Positions 38,901-47,407 of a stretch of DNA of 64,000 bases are shown one piece after another. Below the pieces are notes generated by a model. That model was not told where the DNA came from. It made no database searches and was given only the letters and a program-made list of their open reading frames with translations. Position 1 is the first letter of the stretch, and each line of letters opens with the position of its first letter. Made by a program: the position numbers and the translations under genes. Source of the DNA: a virus (taxonomy: Duplodnaviria > Caudoviricetes); IMG/VR virus record IMGVR_UViG_3300044627_001244, positions 506-64,505 of that record; one strand, given 5' to 3'.

Positions 38901-40916
38901 GGCGCACAAACTCTCAATGGAGTTCTACTAGTATCAGTTGTCAACGCAGGTGAGTTTGCGTCAGATGATGAGAAGTTTAAATCGCAAATGTTAAGTGGAT
39001 TGACAGGCTTTGCGACAAGAGGCATTGATAGTGCAATGGGTGGTCCATTTGGTGCGGCTCCTAGTTATGGAATGAGAACACCTGACTTTAATCCTGCGGC
39101 ACAAAGTAGATATTCTATTGCACAAGGAACACCGGATCTATCTCTAACCTCAACAAATAGATATGGTCTTGTTGGTTCGGATGTTGCCTCTGATATTTCT
39201 AGCACCTATCAGTTAGGAAAACAAAATTATGATTTAACGGCTTCTGGTCAGCGTATGTCGTTGAATGCAATGAATACAAGCACTCAACAAAACGTATCTA
39301 TAACTTCACAAGCCGATCAAAACAACCAAGCAGGCATGGAGAATCAGACACAGCAGATTGTTCATGCAATTAATACACAGCCTCGCGCAAGCGGAGGCGG
39401 AAGCATGGGCGGAAGTTTTGGTGGAGATTTCACATCGTTCCTAGGAAACATGGCTGTTTCTTTTGTTGCGAACAAACTTACATCCAAGATTAAGAATCCT
39501 TATTTGAGAGCGATTGCAAACTTCGGCATTCAAAGAGGCGCGCAAAGTATGTTCCCATCGGTTCTAGGTGGACCTGCCGCTGGTGGGGCTGCCGCTGGTG
39601 CAACTGGAGGTTCATTACTGACAGCAATGGGTATTGGTAGTACCGGTGCCGCAGGTATGATGAGTTTACCTTCAGCATTCAGCGCGGCAGGAGGATTCAC
39701 AGGGCTTGGCGGCGCATTCATGAACAGCATGACTGGTAATACCGCAGGAGGATTAGGGTTATCAGGATTTGCGGCAAATACATTTGCTAATATGGGATTC
39801 GCGGGAACATCCAATTTCTTCGCGGCTATGAATTATCCCTCTATGGCGGCCGCAGGTAATGCATTGGGTGCAGTAGGTACTGCTGGATATGCAGTAGGAC
39901 AAGCATTACCTTATGCCGCAGCCATCACACAATTGTTCCAAGGTAACGTAAAAGGTGCGGCTACTACAGCGGCTCTGACATACATTGGTACTGCGATTGG
40001 TGGTCCAATCGGTGGCTTTATCGGTTCCGTGGTTGGTAGCGTCTTGGGTAAAGGTAAAAAGAGAGCACCTCCACCAAAAATTGTAGATAAAGTTCTTGTA
40101 ATGTCCGAGAAAGACATTGCAAAGAAGACAACAGTTCGAGAAGAAAATAATCCAACTGATGGACAAAAAGCACTTGTTGACGCATTCTTAAACGTTGCAT
40201 TTAATACTGCAATGTCAATTTATCAAGCAACAAAATCAAATCCTCCCTTTGTTGCCGTTTACATTTCTTTGCAAAATAATGAATTAAGAATGGCATTACC
40301 TGCATCATATTCAGGCGGCGTGATTGGTGATGGGTGGGTATTAGACATGAAGATGGAAGAGAAAAAGAATGCATCATTCTACATGCTTGAAATTATGCGA
40401 AAGATCAAGGATGTGTATAAAGCATCATCTCAAGACCCAGAGTATTTAAAGAAAATTGACGAAGGCTACAAACTTGTATCCAACAAATCTGCGGGACAAC
40501 TTGCGGGTGGATTAATTGCAAATCTTAAATATGGTAAGTATGCAATAGATGGTAGAGAGTATCAATTTGGAGATACCACAAGACGTTCTGCACAAAGTTA
40601 TATTTTAGGACAAGATGCAGGAAGAACAATAAGAGGAACTACAGCCGCTGGATTGTCTGTAACAACAAATACATCAACAACATCTGGAAATTCCTTAACA
40701 CCAACTTCAGGAACAACAACGTCAGTTAATATCACTCCATCGGCAGCAAGAACAACTGGTGGTGCAGGCGGTACAGGAAATGTAAGTGTTGTTACAGATA
40801 ACTCTACTAAGAATATTGAAGGTTCTACAGTCAATACGACATATCTAAACACAAGCACAAGCGGTGATGTTTATGGTCGTGCTGGTGTGAATACTTCAAT
40901 GCCAATGAGAGTATAA
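35928..40916 (+). CDS. Tape-measure-like protein with lytic transglycosylase/lysozyme-like domain
   Basis: 1662 aa, Ala/Gly-rich, directly after gp26/gp51. VESGGRTNA, AYGLGQF and IYLAHFLGAGGA at ~37080-37530; hydrophobic Gly/Ala stretch near the C-terminus. Confidence 0.75.
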   Translation: MAQIGSYAQALGDIAKESAVGSLKGLAQGMKYAAMRELPALSAGMVFAKDVRGRAAKIEDVKSKEVGKRQTAATENLVRQQATNNVISLDMARQLRAINANVQSQRQMMGQQIQSGKRTEQFAEEDAREKADFNRKLLRALEKMGGGAGGSGSPAAGANASGGGIFDSILGAIGGNLGEILGGALGGYGAYKGIKSLRTGGVVAGGGRGGRGGGGPRGPTYRDPKTGRFARRPPGLLRRGLGVLGRGAGMVGRFMPKFTPWTAAIGAGLTGLSFAPDIYDYFAGPPGGDLDVTPQDRQRALSRSFLTRFLSGGDERRARIEAATRLRRARYQRPTPYAQGRYDLENRAGRTGARQSNPGGPGSSPAITPNTVPPPANLPSGASQNINDLIIQVESGGRTNAAATTSRAYGLGQFVPRTFNGLVAQAKPGDALYGKTFDDYKASPALQRAAMAKLTETNVRTLQSRQIPIDDVSIYLAHFLGAGGATRVLRAPDTALLTDVVAKDQRDANPAVFSKVKTVADLKAWARRKIDQAKRQLGTSSGRAAAASTPSSPVEGSDYNAQLQLTQQLGAAFARASNDPNTSPLARENIKTSYEAAAAKLATMQREPPAQLPSVTVTGRRVNRPGINVPDAPVRTGNRAVDAFLAQRSVTTANAPATRGISVASTSGTSVTTANAPLPVVDEEANQRLAKIEKSQGKVEKETKGLSVSSRLAARNFLRRERPTRRILSPEEEADQYLKKAQQGFLNAFDRTLTKAFKDFGTNFLKSVGYAPGGTPVSAQEAMRVGYAGNQLGRMLDLDKKVAKGLEKIIGKEYGRMLAPAVSQLGKAYLNSMAVGIGQSLFTGVSGRDAKSANAITGQILGNLAKGNKQIAMEQLLYGLTGIASGPETIAQSYGFRSAAEGIGYMAEVFAARSTDAVRGIFGWEDRTAPQQMRDPVTGRLFTPDQAGTDQSMRNIAAGGYGGIYRREAAQTLRTSQMTTMVGKSNNLLTEGAQTLNGVLLVSVVNAGEFASDDEKFKSQMLSGLTGFATRGIDSAMGGPFGAAPSYGMRTPDFNPAAQSRYSIAQGTPDLSLTSTNRYGLVGSDVASDISSTYQLGKQNYDLTASGQRMSLNAMNTSTQQNVSITSQADQNNQAGMENQTQQIVHAINTQPRASGGGSMGGSFGGDFTSFLGNMAVSFVANKLTSKIKNPYLRAIANFGIQRGAQSMFPSVLGGPAAGGAAAGATGGSLLTAMGIGSTGAAGMMSLPSAFSAAGGFTGLGGAFMNSMTGNTAGGLGLSGFAANTFANMGFAGTSNFFAAMNYPSMAAAGNALGAVGTAGYAVGQALPYAAAITQLFQGNVKGAATTAALTYIGTAIGGPIGGFIGSVVGSVLGKGKKRAPPPKIVDKVLVMSEKDIAKKTTVREENNPTDGQKALVDAFLNVAFNTAMSIYQATKSNPPFVAVYISLQNNELRMALPASYSGGVIGDGWVLDMKMEEKKNASFYMLEIMRKIKDVYKASSQDPEYLKKIDEGYKLVSNKSAGQLAGGLIANLKYGKYAIDGREYQFGDTTRRSAQSYILGQDAGRTIRGTTAAGLSVTTNTSTTSGNSLTPTSGTTTSVNITPSAARTTGGAGGTGNVSVVTDNSTKNIEGSTVNTTYLNTSTSGDVYGRAGVNTSMPMRV

Positions 40917-40946
40917 AAAAAGGGGAAGCATTTCTGCTTCCCCAAA
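40915..40946. terminator. Terminator between convergent genes
   Basis: AAAAAAAGGGGAAGCA-TTTC-TGCTTCCCC; U-tail on the minus strand after gp32. Confidence 0.8.
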
Positions 40947-40972
40947 CTTACTACAAAGGAGACTGAAGACTT

Positions 40973-41869
40973 TTAATCTTCGGCTAACTTCTCAAAGTAA
41001 CTTACATCTTCATCATCGTCAGCCCAAGGCTTTCCAGATTCAACTGTTGACTTAGGCTTAGATTCTGCTTTTGGTGTTGCAGGAGGATTAGGTTTTGCAA
41101 CTGCAACTGTATCACCACCATCAATACCAAGCACCTTATTCAAACGTGCCTTGAGTTCATCATAAGACTTAAAGTTAGTTTCACTCAAGAATTCAGACAG
41201 AGCATACTCGCTCTTCCAAATCTTTTCAAGGTCATCATCATCTTGTGACAGAGGTGCTGAAGATTCAAACTCGGACTTATCGTAGTTTGTATAACCTTCT
41301 ACTTTACGAATCTTCAACTTGAAGTTCGCACCTTCCCAAAGGTGAAAGGGATTTACAGGGCTTTCATCCTCAAACTCAGGATTCATTGCTTCATTGATCT
41401 TGTCGAAAATTTTCTTTCCAAACTTGAACAAGAAGACTTTACCTTCATTATCGGGATTGCCAGGATCGCGCACAACGTAAATGTTTGCAATGTATTGCAA
41501 CTTACGCTTTTGCTTACGTGCGACTTCTTTATTTGCTTCTACACCAGAATTCCAAAGAACAGTATTGTGTTCTGAAACAGGGTCTTTCTTGTTGATAGTA
41601 GTCAACGAGTTTTCGATGTACCAGCCACCAGGACCTTGGAAAGAGTGTGAGAAGATTTGAACCCACGGAACATCTTCGCTTGCTGGAGCAGGAAGAAAGC
41701 GAATGGTTGCTGAACCATTACCAACTTTGTCTACTGTAGGTTTCCAGAATCGAGTGTCTTCATAAGACTTCTTACCTTCTGGCTTGTCGGAGAGTTTGTT
41801 AATCTCCTGTGAGAGTCGTTCGAGGTCTTTGTTACCGGAACGCTTGAGGTCTGCAAATGAGTTTGCCAT
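40973..41869 (-). CDS. gp32: Single-stranded DNA-binding protein
   Basis: DTRFWKP, IRFLPAP, HSFQGPGGWYIENS, FGKKIFDK, GANFKLKIR, NYDKSEF, acidic tail. Start moved to ATG 41869 (AAGGA RBS). Confidence 0.96.
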   Translation of the reverse strand: MANSFADLKRSGNKDLERLSQEINKLSDKPEGKKSYEDTRFWKPTVDKVGNGSATIRFLPAPASEDVPWVQIFSHSFQGPGGWYIENSLTTINKKDPVSEHNTVLWNSGVEANKEVARKQKRKLQYIANIYVVRDPGNPDNEGKVFLFKFGKKIFDKINEAMNPEFEDESPVNPFHLWEGANFKLKIRKVEGYTNYDKSEFESSAPLSQDDDDLEKIWKSEYALSEFLSETNFKSYDELKARLNKVLGIDGGDTVAVAKPNPPATPKAESKPKSTVESGKPWADDDEDVSYFEKLAED

Positions 41870-42010
41870 ATGTATTTCCTTATATAAAATGTATATTAAC
41901 GTATGTTTACTTGTCCACATTATCATGATCTACTATAGTATATAGTCTATCTTGATCCTTTTTTGACATGACTAGCCAACAAATTTTTTGTCGCCTAACC
42001 TGTCGAGTCT

Positions 42011-42601
42011 TTAATTCACCACCAGTTCTCTCAGAGACTTTTTTGCTCTTTGAGTGTCGAACTTTAAGAAGGGCTGGTATTTGTTGCATATTTTACTTAC
42101 CTCTTTGTAGATTGGATCGGTGATTTCTTTATCATAACGTTTGGTAAAAGATAGTATTGAATTCAAAATTGTAAGTGTCTCAAGGCTGATTTCTTTGCGT
42201 AGATACATCTGAATGATTTTTGGGTGTTCGCCTTTAGTGGTGCTAAACCACACATTCAATTCATCTGCATCCCAACCTTCGATGAAAGACATTTCGTTTT
42301 TGAAAATGTATCCCAATGACTCTTGCCTTTTTCTCCATTCATTATATTTCGATTCACATTCTTCTGATAGAAGTTCACCTACCCAAATCTTAGGGTCGTG
42401 TAAAAAATTTGCAACTAAAAACTCTTCTAAGTATTTGTCTTTCTTATTGCCCAACTTTGCAAAAAATATTTTGTCTTTGCGCTTTAGGAAAGAATCATAA
42501 CTCAGATTGATTTTCTTATTATACTTGAAATAGTCGTAACTGTCAAGCACAAAATGATTTTTGATCGCGGTATAAATTTTGTATGCATCAAATGCGTCCA
42601 T
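42011..42601 (-). CDS. gp59: Helicase loader
   Basis: YTAIKNHF..YDYFKY, KRKDKIFF, ISLETL; upstream of gp32 as in T4. Confidence 0.9.
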   Translation of the reverse strand: MDAFDAYKIYTAIKNHFVLDSYDYFKYNKKINLSYDSFLKRKDKIFFAKLGNKKDKYLEEFLVANFLHDPKIWVGELLSEECESKYNEWRKRQESLGYIFKNEMSFIEGWDADELNVWFSTTKGEHPKIIQMYLRKEISLETLTILNSILSFTKRYDKEITDPIYKEVSKICNKYQPFLKFDTQRAKKSLRELVVN

Positions 42602-42603
42602 GA

Positions 42604-42840
42604 TTAATCTTCAAGTGGCAATCGCGCTTTCGTGTTTGGTATGAGTCTTGCTTTAATAGATTCACCTTCGATGACTGCTTTCATCTTTGGTGAAATAAGA
42701 GAAGCCGCAGTCTCTACTTCAAGTCCTTTTTGTTCGCAGAAAAGAAGAATCGCATCTAAAAATGTAATTGGCTGTTTATCTTTGACGATTTTCTTAATCT
42801 CTACTTCGAATTCTTTTTGTGTGAGAATTTTAAGATTCAT
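42604..42840 (-). CDS. gp33: Late transcription co-activator
   Basis: FLDAILLFCEQKGLEVE..ASLIS..MKAVIE, ARLP; T4 synteny 33-59-32. Confidence 0.88.
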   Translation of the reverse strand: MNLKILTQKEFEVEIKKIVKDKQPITFLDAILLFCEQKGLEVETAASLISPKMKAVIEGESIKARLIPNTKARLPLED

Positions 42841-43054
42841 AGTATCTAACTGAAAGAATTTTACCTGACTTGTAGTATCCTAACTTACTGACAAACTCGC
42901 CAGGTTTTGCACTTCTCAATTTAGGATTACTCAAGTCGCTATGCGTTGCGTAGTAATGAGGAGGAAGAGCCTTCCTCCCACTATACTTCATTTCAATCTT
43001 AGATTTTAATTTTTCGAACATTATCGTCATACCTATAAAAAATGTGGTCACCAA
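42830..43054 (-). CDS. Hypothetical protein
   Basis: ORF bridges hydrolase and gp33; start uncertain. Confidence 0.45.
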   Translation of the reverse strand: MVTTFFIGMTIMFEKLKSKIEMKYSGRKALPPHYYATHSDLSNPKLRSAKPGEFVSKLGYYKSGKILSVRYYES

Positions 43055-43550
43055 TTTGAACGATTTTAACTTTCGTTACAGCCCATGCAGGTTTCACATG
43101 AACTGTATGAAAGTGTGTTGCGCCCTCTAACATTGTTATGATATCATTATTAGCGCCTCTTGTCAAGAGCATTCTTGAAATTTCTAAACAATCTTGCCAC
43201 GTTTTACTGTTAGCAGGTGTTCTGACAATTTTATCGTTGTACCACGAAAACTGATTCGGTTCCGTTACAACATCTTTGATTGTTTTTGGATATCTCGAAT
43301 CTTTCATTCGATTCAATGTGACGATACCAACTGCAATCTTACCAATTCGGGGTTCCGATCCGGCTTCATAATACAGGTTAAGTGCTAACCAATACTCATC
43401 GATTTTGCTTACTTTTTCTATCGCAGGAACAAGAGGTGTGTATCTTGTGTGAACTTCAGGCGTTTTGCCGTAAAGATTTGTTCCTATAAAAATTGCAATT
43501 CCGATTGTGAGTGCAAATACTGCAACCTTTACAAAATTCAAGGTTCTCAT
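42999..43550 (-). CDS. Cell wall hydrolase (SleB/Hydrolase_2 family) with N-terminal membrane anchor
   Basis: LALNLYYEA, VTLNR, YPKTIKDVV, QFSW, GATHFH, IGDHIFY. Confidence 0.88.
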   Translation of the reverse strand: MRTLNFVKVAVFALTIGIAIFIGTNLYGKTPEVHTRYTPLVPAIEKVSKIDEYWLALNLYYEAGSEPRIGKIAVGIVTLNRMKDSRYPKTIKDVVTEPNQFSWYNDKIVRTPANSKTWQDCLEISRMLLTRGANNDIITMLEGATHFHTVHVKPAWAVTKVKIVQIGDHIFYRYDDNVRKIKI

Positions 43551-43611
43551 ATTTTCTCCTTTCTTGAATTAAAAGGTGCCACCATTGCGGCGGCACCTAT
43601 TCTAACGAAGT

Positions 43612-43818
43612 TTAAGCCTTATCAACAAAAGTTTTAAAGGTTTCTGCTTCTTTTAGAATTTCCTGCGTAGTAGGAAACGCAGGCACCTCAGTAAGAGGTT
43701 CGTTTTTCATCTGAGAATTCGTTTGCTTGACATTCAAATCTGTGTAATATCTCTGAGTCAGTTGATCCTGAGCCATTTTAAGCAATTCTAGTCGAATCTC
43801 ATAGGGGCTTTTACTCAT
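43612..43818 (-). CDS. Conserved T4-like hypothetical protein
   Basis: PYEIRLELLKMA...PTTQEILKEA; AAGGAG RBS. Confidence 0.75.
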   Translation of the reverse strand: MSKSPYEIRLELLKMAQDQLTQRYYTDLNVKQTNSQMKNEPLTEVPAFPTTQEILKEAETFKTFVDKA

Positions 43819-43874
43819 AGTTTTCTCCTTGTGTGTGTGTTATGAGTGCCTGCCAAAAGCGACAGGTTTTTTAT

Positions 43875-44483
43875 TTAGTATTTTAAAAAGTTTTCGCGGT
43901 GTCTTCGGTAAAATAACAGCCCTTGATTGAGATATGCAACTGTTGCACCTTTTGCAATCATTTGATTCCACATATTCCAATCTTCTTGTGTGTGCTGAGT
44001 ATTGCCTAAACGCTTGTATCCAACTTCTTGTCCTAGTTTTGTTCTATACAACATAGAGCCATGATGCCCTTTACGTTGCCAATAGATATCACCTTGGTGA
44101 TCTACAATTTCATTAGGATGTCTATTCCTAATTTCGTTTTTAAGTTCACCTGTTACTACGATATCATAAGTTATTATATCAGTTTTAGTGTTGGAAAGCA
44201 AGTCTATTGCATCAGACCTCAACCAATTATCTGCACCAAGAAACATGACATATTCCGATTTGACACGCATTAGCATGTCTTGGAAATTATTAACTGTACC
44301 GAGATTTTTATCTCGCAATATGAATTCTACCTCAGGATAAAGTTCTGGTAGATGAGAACAATCTCCTGCCGCATCGTCAACAAATAAAATTCGTTCAGGC
44401 TTCTTTGTCTGACTGAGAATTGATTCGATGCAATGTGACGCTAGGTGTCCATACTTGTATGAGCAAATTACAACAGTTATCAT
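43875..44483 (-). CDS. Glycosyltransferase family 2
   Basis: ITVVICSY, CIESILSQT, FVDD, FLGAD, EDW, YRRH. Confidence 0.88.
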   Translation of the reverse strand: MITVVICSYKYGHLASHCIESILSQTKKPERILFVDDAAGDCSHLPELYPEVEFILRDKNLGTVNNFQDMLMRVKSEYVMFLGADNWLRSDAIDLLSNTKTDIITYDIVVTGELKNEIRNRHPNEIVDHQGDIYWQRKGHHGSMLYRTKLGQEVGYKRLGNTQHTQEDWNMWNQMIAKGATVAYLNQGLLFYRRHRENFLKY

Positions 44484-45202
44484 GGGATTAATTTTGAATT
44501 CATGTGTTTAACAACTTCGCCGTTTATCAAGTAATCTGGATATGCGAGTGCAGACTTAGAACGGCAGAATCCGTTCATGTATGTCATACGATCCGCATTC
44601 GATTGATTCGGTTCACTACCATGAATGATTGTAACAGTCCAAATCAAAACAGAACCTTTTGGCGCGATATACTTTGTGCCTTCAAGTTCGCCGCGAGTAA
44701 AGGTACGTAGATTTCTTGGCGTAGGCCAGTATTCCCACTTGTGAGAACCTTCGATAAATTCTACTGCGCCATTGTCAAGGGTGATATCATCTACAGCAAT
44801 GATTGTTTGAAAGTAATCATCAACAACATCATCTTTAAAGTTTCTTTCTTCACGAAACATTGTGTCACGGTGCCAAGCGAATTGATCATTGCTACCGGCT
44901 TCTCTAAAATAAACTTGATTGTTGATTTGCTTTACATCATCACCAATGAATTCGCGAACAAGATTTACCATTCGAGAATCGGTGCGGATGTTATTCAGAT
45001 AGTCATTTGCGAGTGCAGGAAAGAAAATAAGTTCTTTTTTTCCATACGACATTTCACTTGGCGAATAGCGATAACCAGCATCTTTGATTTGCTGATCGGT
45101 TACAGAATATGCTTGTCGTTTAATTTCATCACATTCTTCTGTAGTAAAAACATTGGGTATGACAATGATACCTTTTTCTTCGTATTCTTTTTTTAAATCC
45201 AT
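44480..45202 (-). CDS. Fe(II)/2-oxoglutarate dioxygenase (PhyH/EctD-like)
   Basis: YEEKGIIVIPNVF, WHRD (HxD), NGAVEFIEGSH, IHGSEPN...R. Confidence 0.88.
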   Translation of the reverse strand: MDLKKEYEEKGIIVIPNVFTTEECDEIKRQAYSVTDQQIKDAGYRYSPSEMSYGKKELIFFPALANDYLNNIRTDSRMVNLVREFIGDDVKQINNQVYFREAGSNDQFAWHRDTMFREERNFKDDVVDDYFQTIIAVDDITLDNGAVEFIEGSHKWEYWPTPRNLRTFTRGELEGTKYIAPKGSVLIWTVTIIHGSEPNQSNADRMTYMNGFCRSKSALAYPDYLINGEVVKHMNSKLIP

Positions 45203-45714
45203 GACACGTAGTTACGATGAATTTTAAATTGATAGTCAGGAACATTGATATTCAATGTTCCTTGTGTGACGCTATATGCTTTTTCATATCCTGCTTCTTT
45301 GACAATACGAACAACTCTTTCATTGAATGTTCCATAAGGATATGCAAAGTATTTGCATGGGAATGGTGAGGTAACTTCTCTGCGAATCTCTTCGTCTGAA
45401 AGATTACATAAGTCACGATGCGACCATGTGTGCCAACCAAGTTCAAAATCATACTTGCCGCAAAGTTCTTGCACCTGTTCAAGTGTGCAATACTTCTCTA
45501 GCGCGGGCACATGCGCTAGATCAAACGTATTATCTTTTCCCAAAAAGTCACCCATCACAAACATGATGCCAGACTTGTTGACTAGCACATCCTGATTATC
45601 ATATACGTTTTGATAGATGCCGTCAAATCCAATTGAATCATCACATGCGATAATTTGTTCTCGCGTATGATAGTTTGGATGTTTGTGAGTTCCAATGTTG
45701 TGTGCTAATTTCAT
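45193..45714 (-). CDS. Polysaccharide deacetylase (NodB-like, CE4)
   Basis: FDG, GWHTWSH, FAYPYG, AGY motifs. Confidence 0.82.
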   Translation of the reverse strand: MKLAHNIGTHKHPNYHTREQIIACDDSIGFDGIYQNVYDNQDVLVNKSGIMFVMGDFLGKDNTFDLAHVPALEKYCTLEQVQELCGKYDFELGWHTWSHRDLCNLSDEEIRREVTSPFPCKYFAYPYGTFNERVVRIVKEAGYEKAYSVTQGTLNINVPDYQFKIHRNYVSWI

Positions 45715-46247
45715 TCTAGTTCTATTTTCCTAAAACCATCTATTGGATTCTCGCCGAGATATTCATAGATTGTAACTTGTTGAACGTATTCTCTATATGT
45801 AAATTCTTCTCGGTGCAAAATTTTACCATACTTGTATGGAAGCAACCAGTCTTTAATACCTGCAACTAAAATAATTCGTGCTGACGATTGCATGATCCAA
45901 TCATAAATTTTTTGATGATCATACTGTTGATACATTGTTCCAGTTGTCATTACCAAATCATATTTTCCGTCTGGTTCATGCACACGCTTTACGTTTGGTG
46001 GGAATCTAGATGCGGCTTGATCGGAAATTTCAATCCCGTGTAATGTAACGGCAGGCAAGAATTCAGTAACAAATCCTTCACCACATCCAATATCTAAAGC
46101 ACGATCAAACGGACTATATGGTTTGAGAATTTCATACAGTTTATCTCTACGTTCGATATCATCCTTTGTTGTTTTGTATGCCCACGGATCAGGATTCTTA
46201 TACCAATGTTCAAGTTCTTGTTTACTCTGCAAAATATTTCTCCTCAA
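45711..46247 (-). CDS. Class I SAM-dependent methyltransferase (NodS-like)
   Basis: Y..PDPW.Y N-terminal motif and ALDIGCGEG; start uncertain. Confidence 0.82.
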   Translation of the reverse strand: MRRNILQSKQELEHWYKNPDPWAYKTTKDDIERRDKLYEILKPYSPFDRALDIGCGEGFVTEFLPAVTLHGIEISDQAASRFPPNVKRVHEPDGKYDLVMTTGTMYQQYDHQKIYDWIMQSSARIILVAGIKDWLLPYKYGKILHREEFTYREYVQQVTIYEYLGENPIDGFRKIELE

Positions 46248-46650
46248 GTCCTAAAAGAATACGCATTACATCTTCTTCTTTCATTGCAGTATTCTCTACA
46301 AGTTCTTCTAGCATTGAGAAGTCCCACGTATCTTCTGCAACATCATGCCATGCGTAAATACAAACTTCTTCCTTAGGTCTATGTATGAGACACCAAGGAG
46401 TCAAATCGTGTTCGGGAAAATCAAAATTTTCTGTGAGCGAATCTTTGTGAATAAAGATTGCGTAAGATTCTAGATTTTTATCATCTTGTTCGTCAGTTTC
46501 TTCGCTATAACCATAGCCATCAAAGATAATTTTCACTTCGGAAACATCAGAAATATTCTCACCAATTTCAAGACAATCAGGATCACGCCACATGGTGCTC
46601 AATAGATGCATCAAACAACGTTCATAGTCTTCGTAATTATAGTCACTCAT
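46222..46650 (-). CDS. Acidic hypothetical protein
   Basis: 142-aa ORF with AAGGA RBS, overlapping the methyltransferase ORF. Confidence 0.65.
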   Translation of the reverse strand: MSDYNYEDYERCLMHLLSTMWRDPDCLEIGENISDVSEVKIIFDGYGYSEETDEQDDKNLESYAIFIHKDSLTENFDFPEHDLTPWCLIHRPKEEVCIYAWHDVAEDTWDFSMLEELVENTAMKEEDVMRILLGLEEKYFAE

Positions 46651-46667
46651 ATTATATCCTTTGAATT

Positions 46668-47035
46668 GGTGCTAGTTGATTCTGTTGCCAAGTTCAACTA
46701 GCAAAACTCCGGTCAGCGTTTAGGCTGCCAGTGCAAATCTTTCATCGTTTGCATTTACTTTGTTTTACTTTTAACGACTATCTGTGTCGAGTTGTCCACT
46801 TCGATACTCTTTACCCTGTCGAAACCAAGTGCATCCCCATCAGAAGAAAACTTATAATTCCTTTTCTTCACAAACTCATTGTATTCTTTTTCGGTAGATA
46901 TCTGATAATCTTTATCATCATCTAACCATTTACCTATTTCTAACAATGATTTCATAAATTTTCTTTTGGTGGAGATGGGCGGAATCGAACCGCCGTCCAG
47001 AATACGTTTCTAGTTGCTTCATACAACCATAGCAT
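46668..47035 (-). ncRNA. ssrA: Two-piece (circularly permuted) tmRNA
   Basis: The T-arm GGCGG-TTCGATT-CCGCC plus CATCTCC-ACCA (ends 46967) lies upstream of the GGGGATG 5' end (46838). The acceptor stem has G3:U70. Tag reading frame ANDERFALAA* at 46752-46720; terminal hairpin 46671-46702. Outer ends approximate. Confidence 0.92.
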
Positions 47036-47050
47036 CTATTTATTATACTT

Positions 47051-47407
47051 TTATTTTGCAAATCTGTCAAGTTCAGGTGGGCGCCACCCTTCAGGTTTCA
47101 TAACCTTACCGAGTTCATTTTTGATTACCTTCATTGTCTTACGATCAATCTTGTCTAGATTGCTTCGCGCAACTTCATGCCATGCTCCGTTCACATCGAA
47201 ACCTCGCATATGGCAATAACCAAGAATCACCCAAATCATGTCCATACACGCATCAAGTTCTTCTATTTTGTCTGCTTTCTTGTAGCCATCCATGAATTCC
47301 CAAAACTCTTCAACAATCAACTTCTGATATAAATGTCGATTTGCTTCGGTGCGGTGTTGTTCACATGCGGCTATGAATGTGGCAACGTCAACATACATGT
47401 TACTCAT
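47051..47407 (-). CDS. MazG-like/PRA-PH nucleoside triphosphate pyrophosphohydrolase
   Basis: LIVEE..E, ELDACMD, EVARSNLDK, GKVMKPEGW.PP. Confidence 0.82.
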   Translation of the reverse strand: MSNMYVDVATFIAACEQHRTEANRHLYQKLIVEEFWEFMDGYKKADKIEELDACMDMIWVILGYCHMRGFDVNGAWHEVARSNLDKIDRKTMKVIKNELGKVMKPEGWRPPELDRFAK

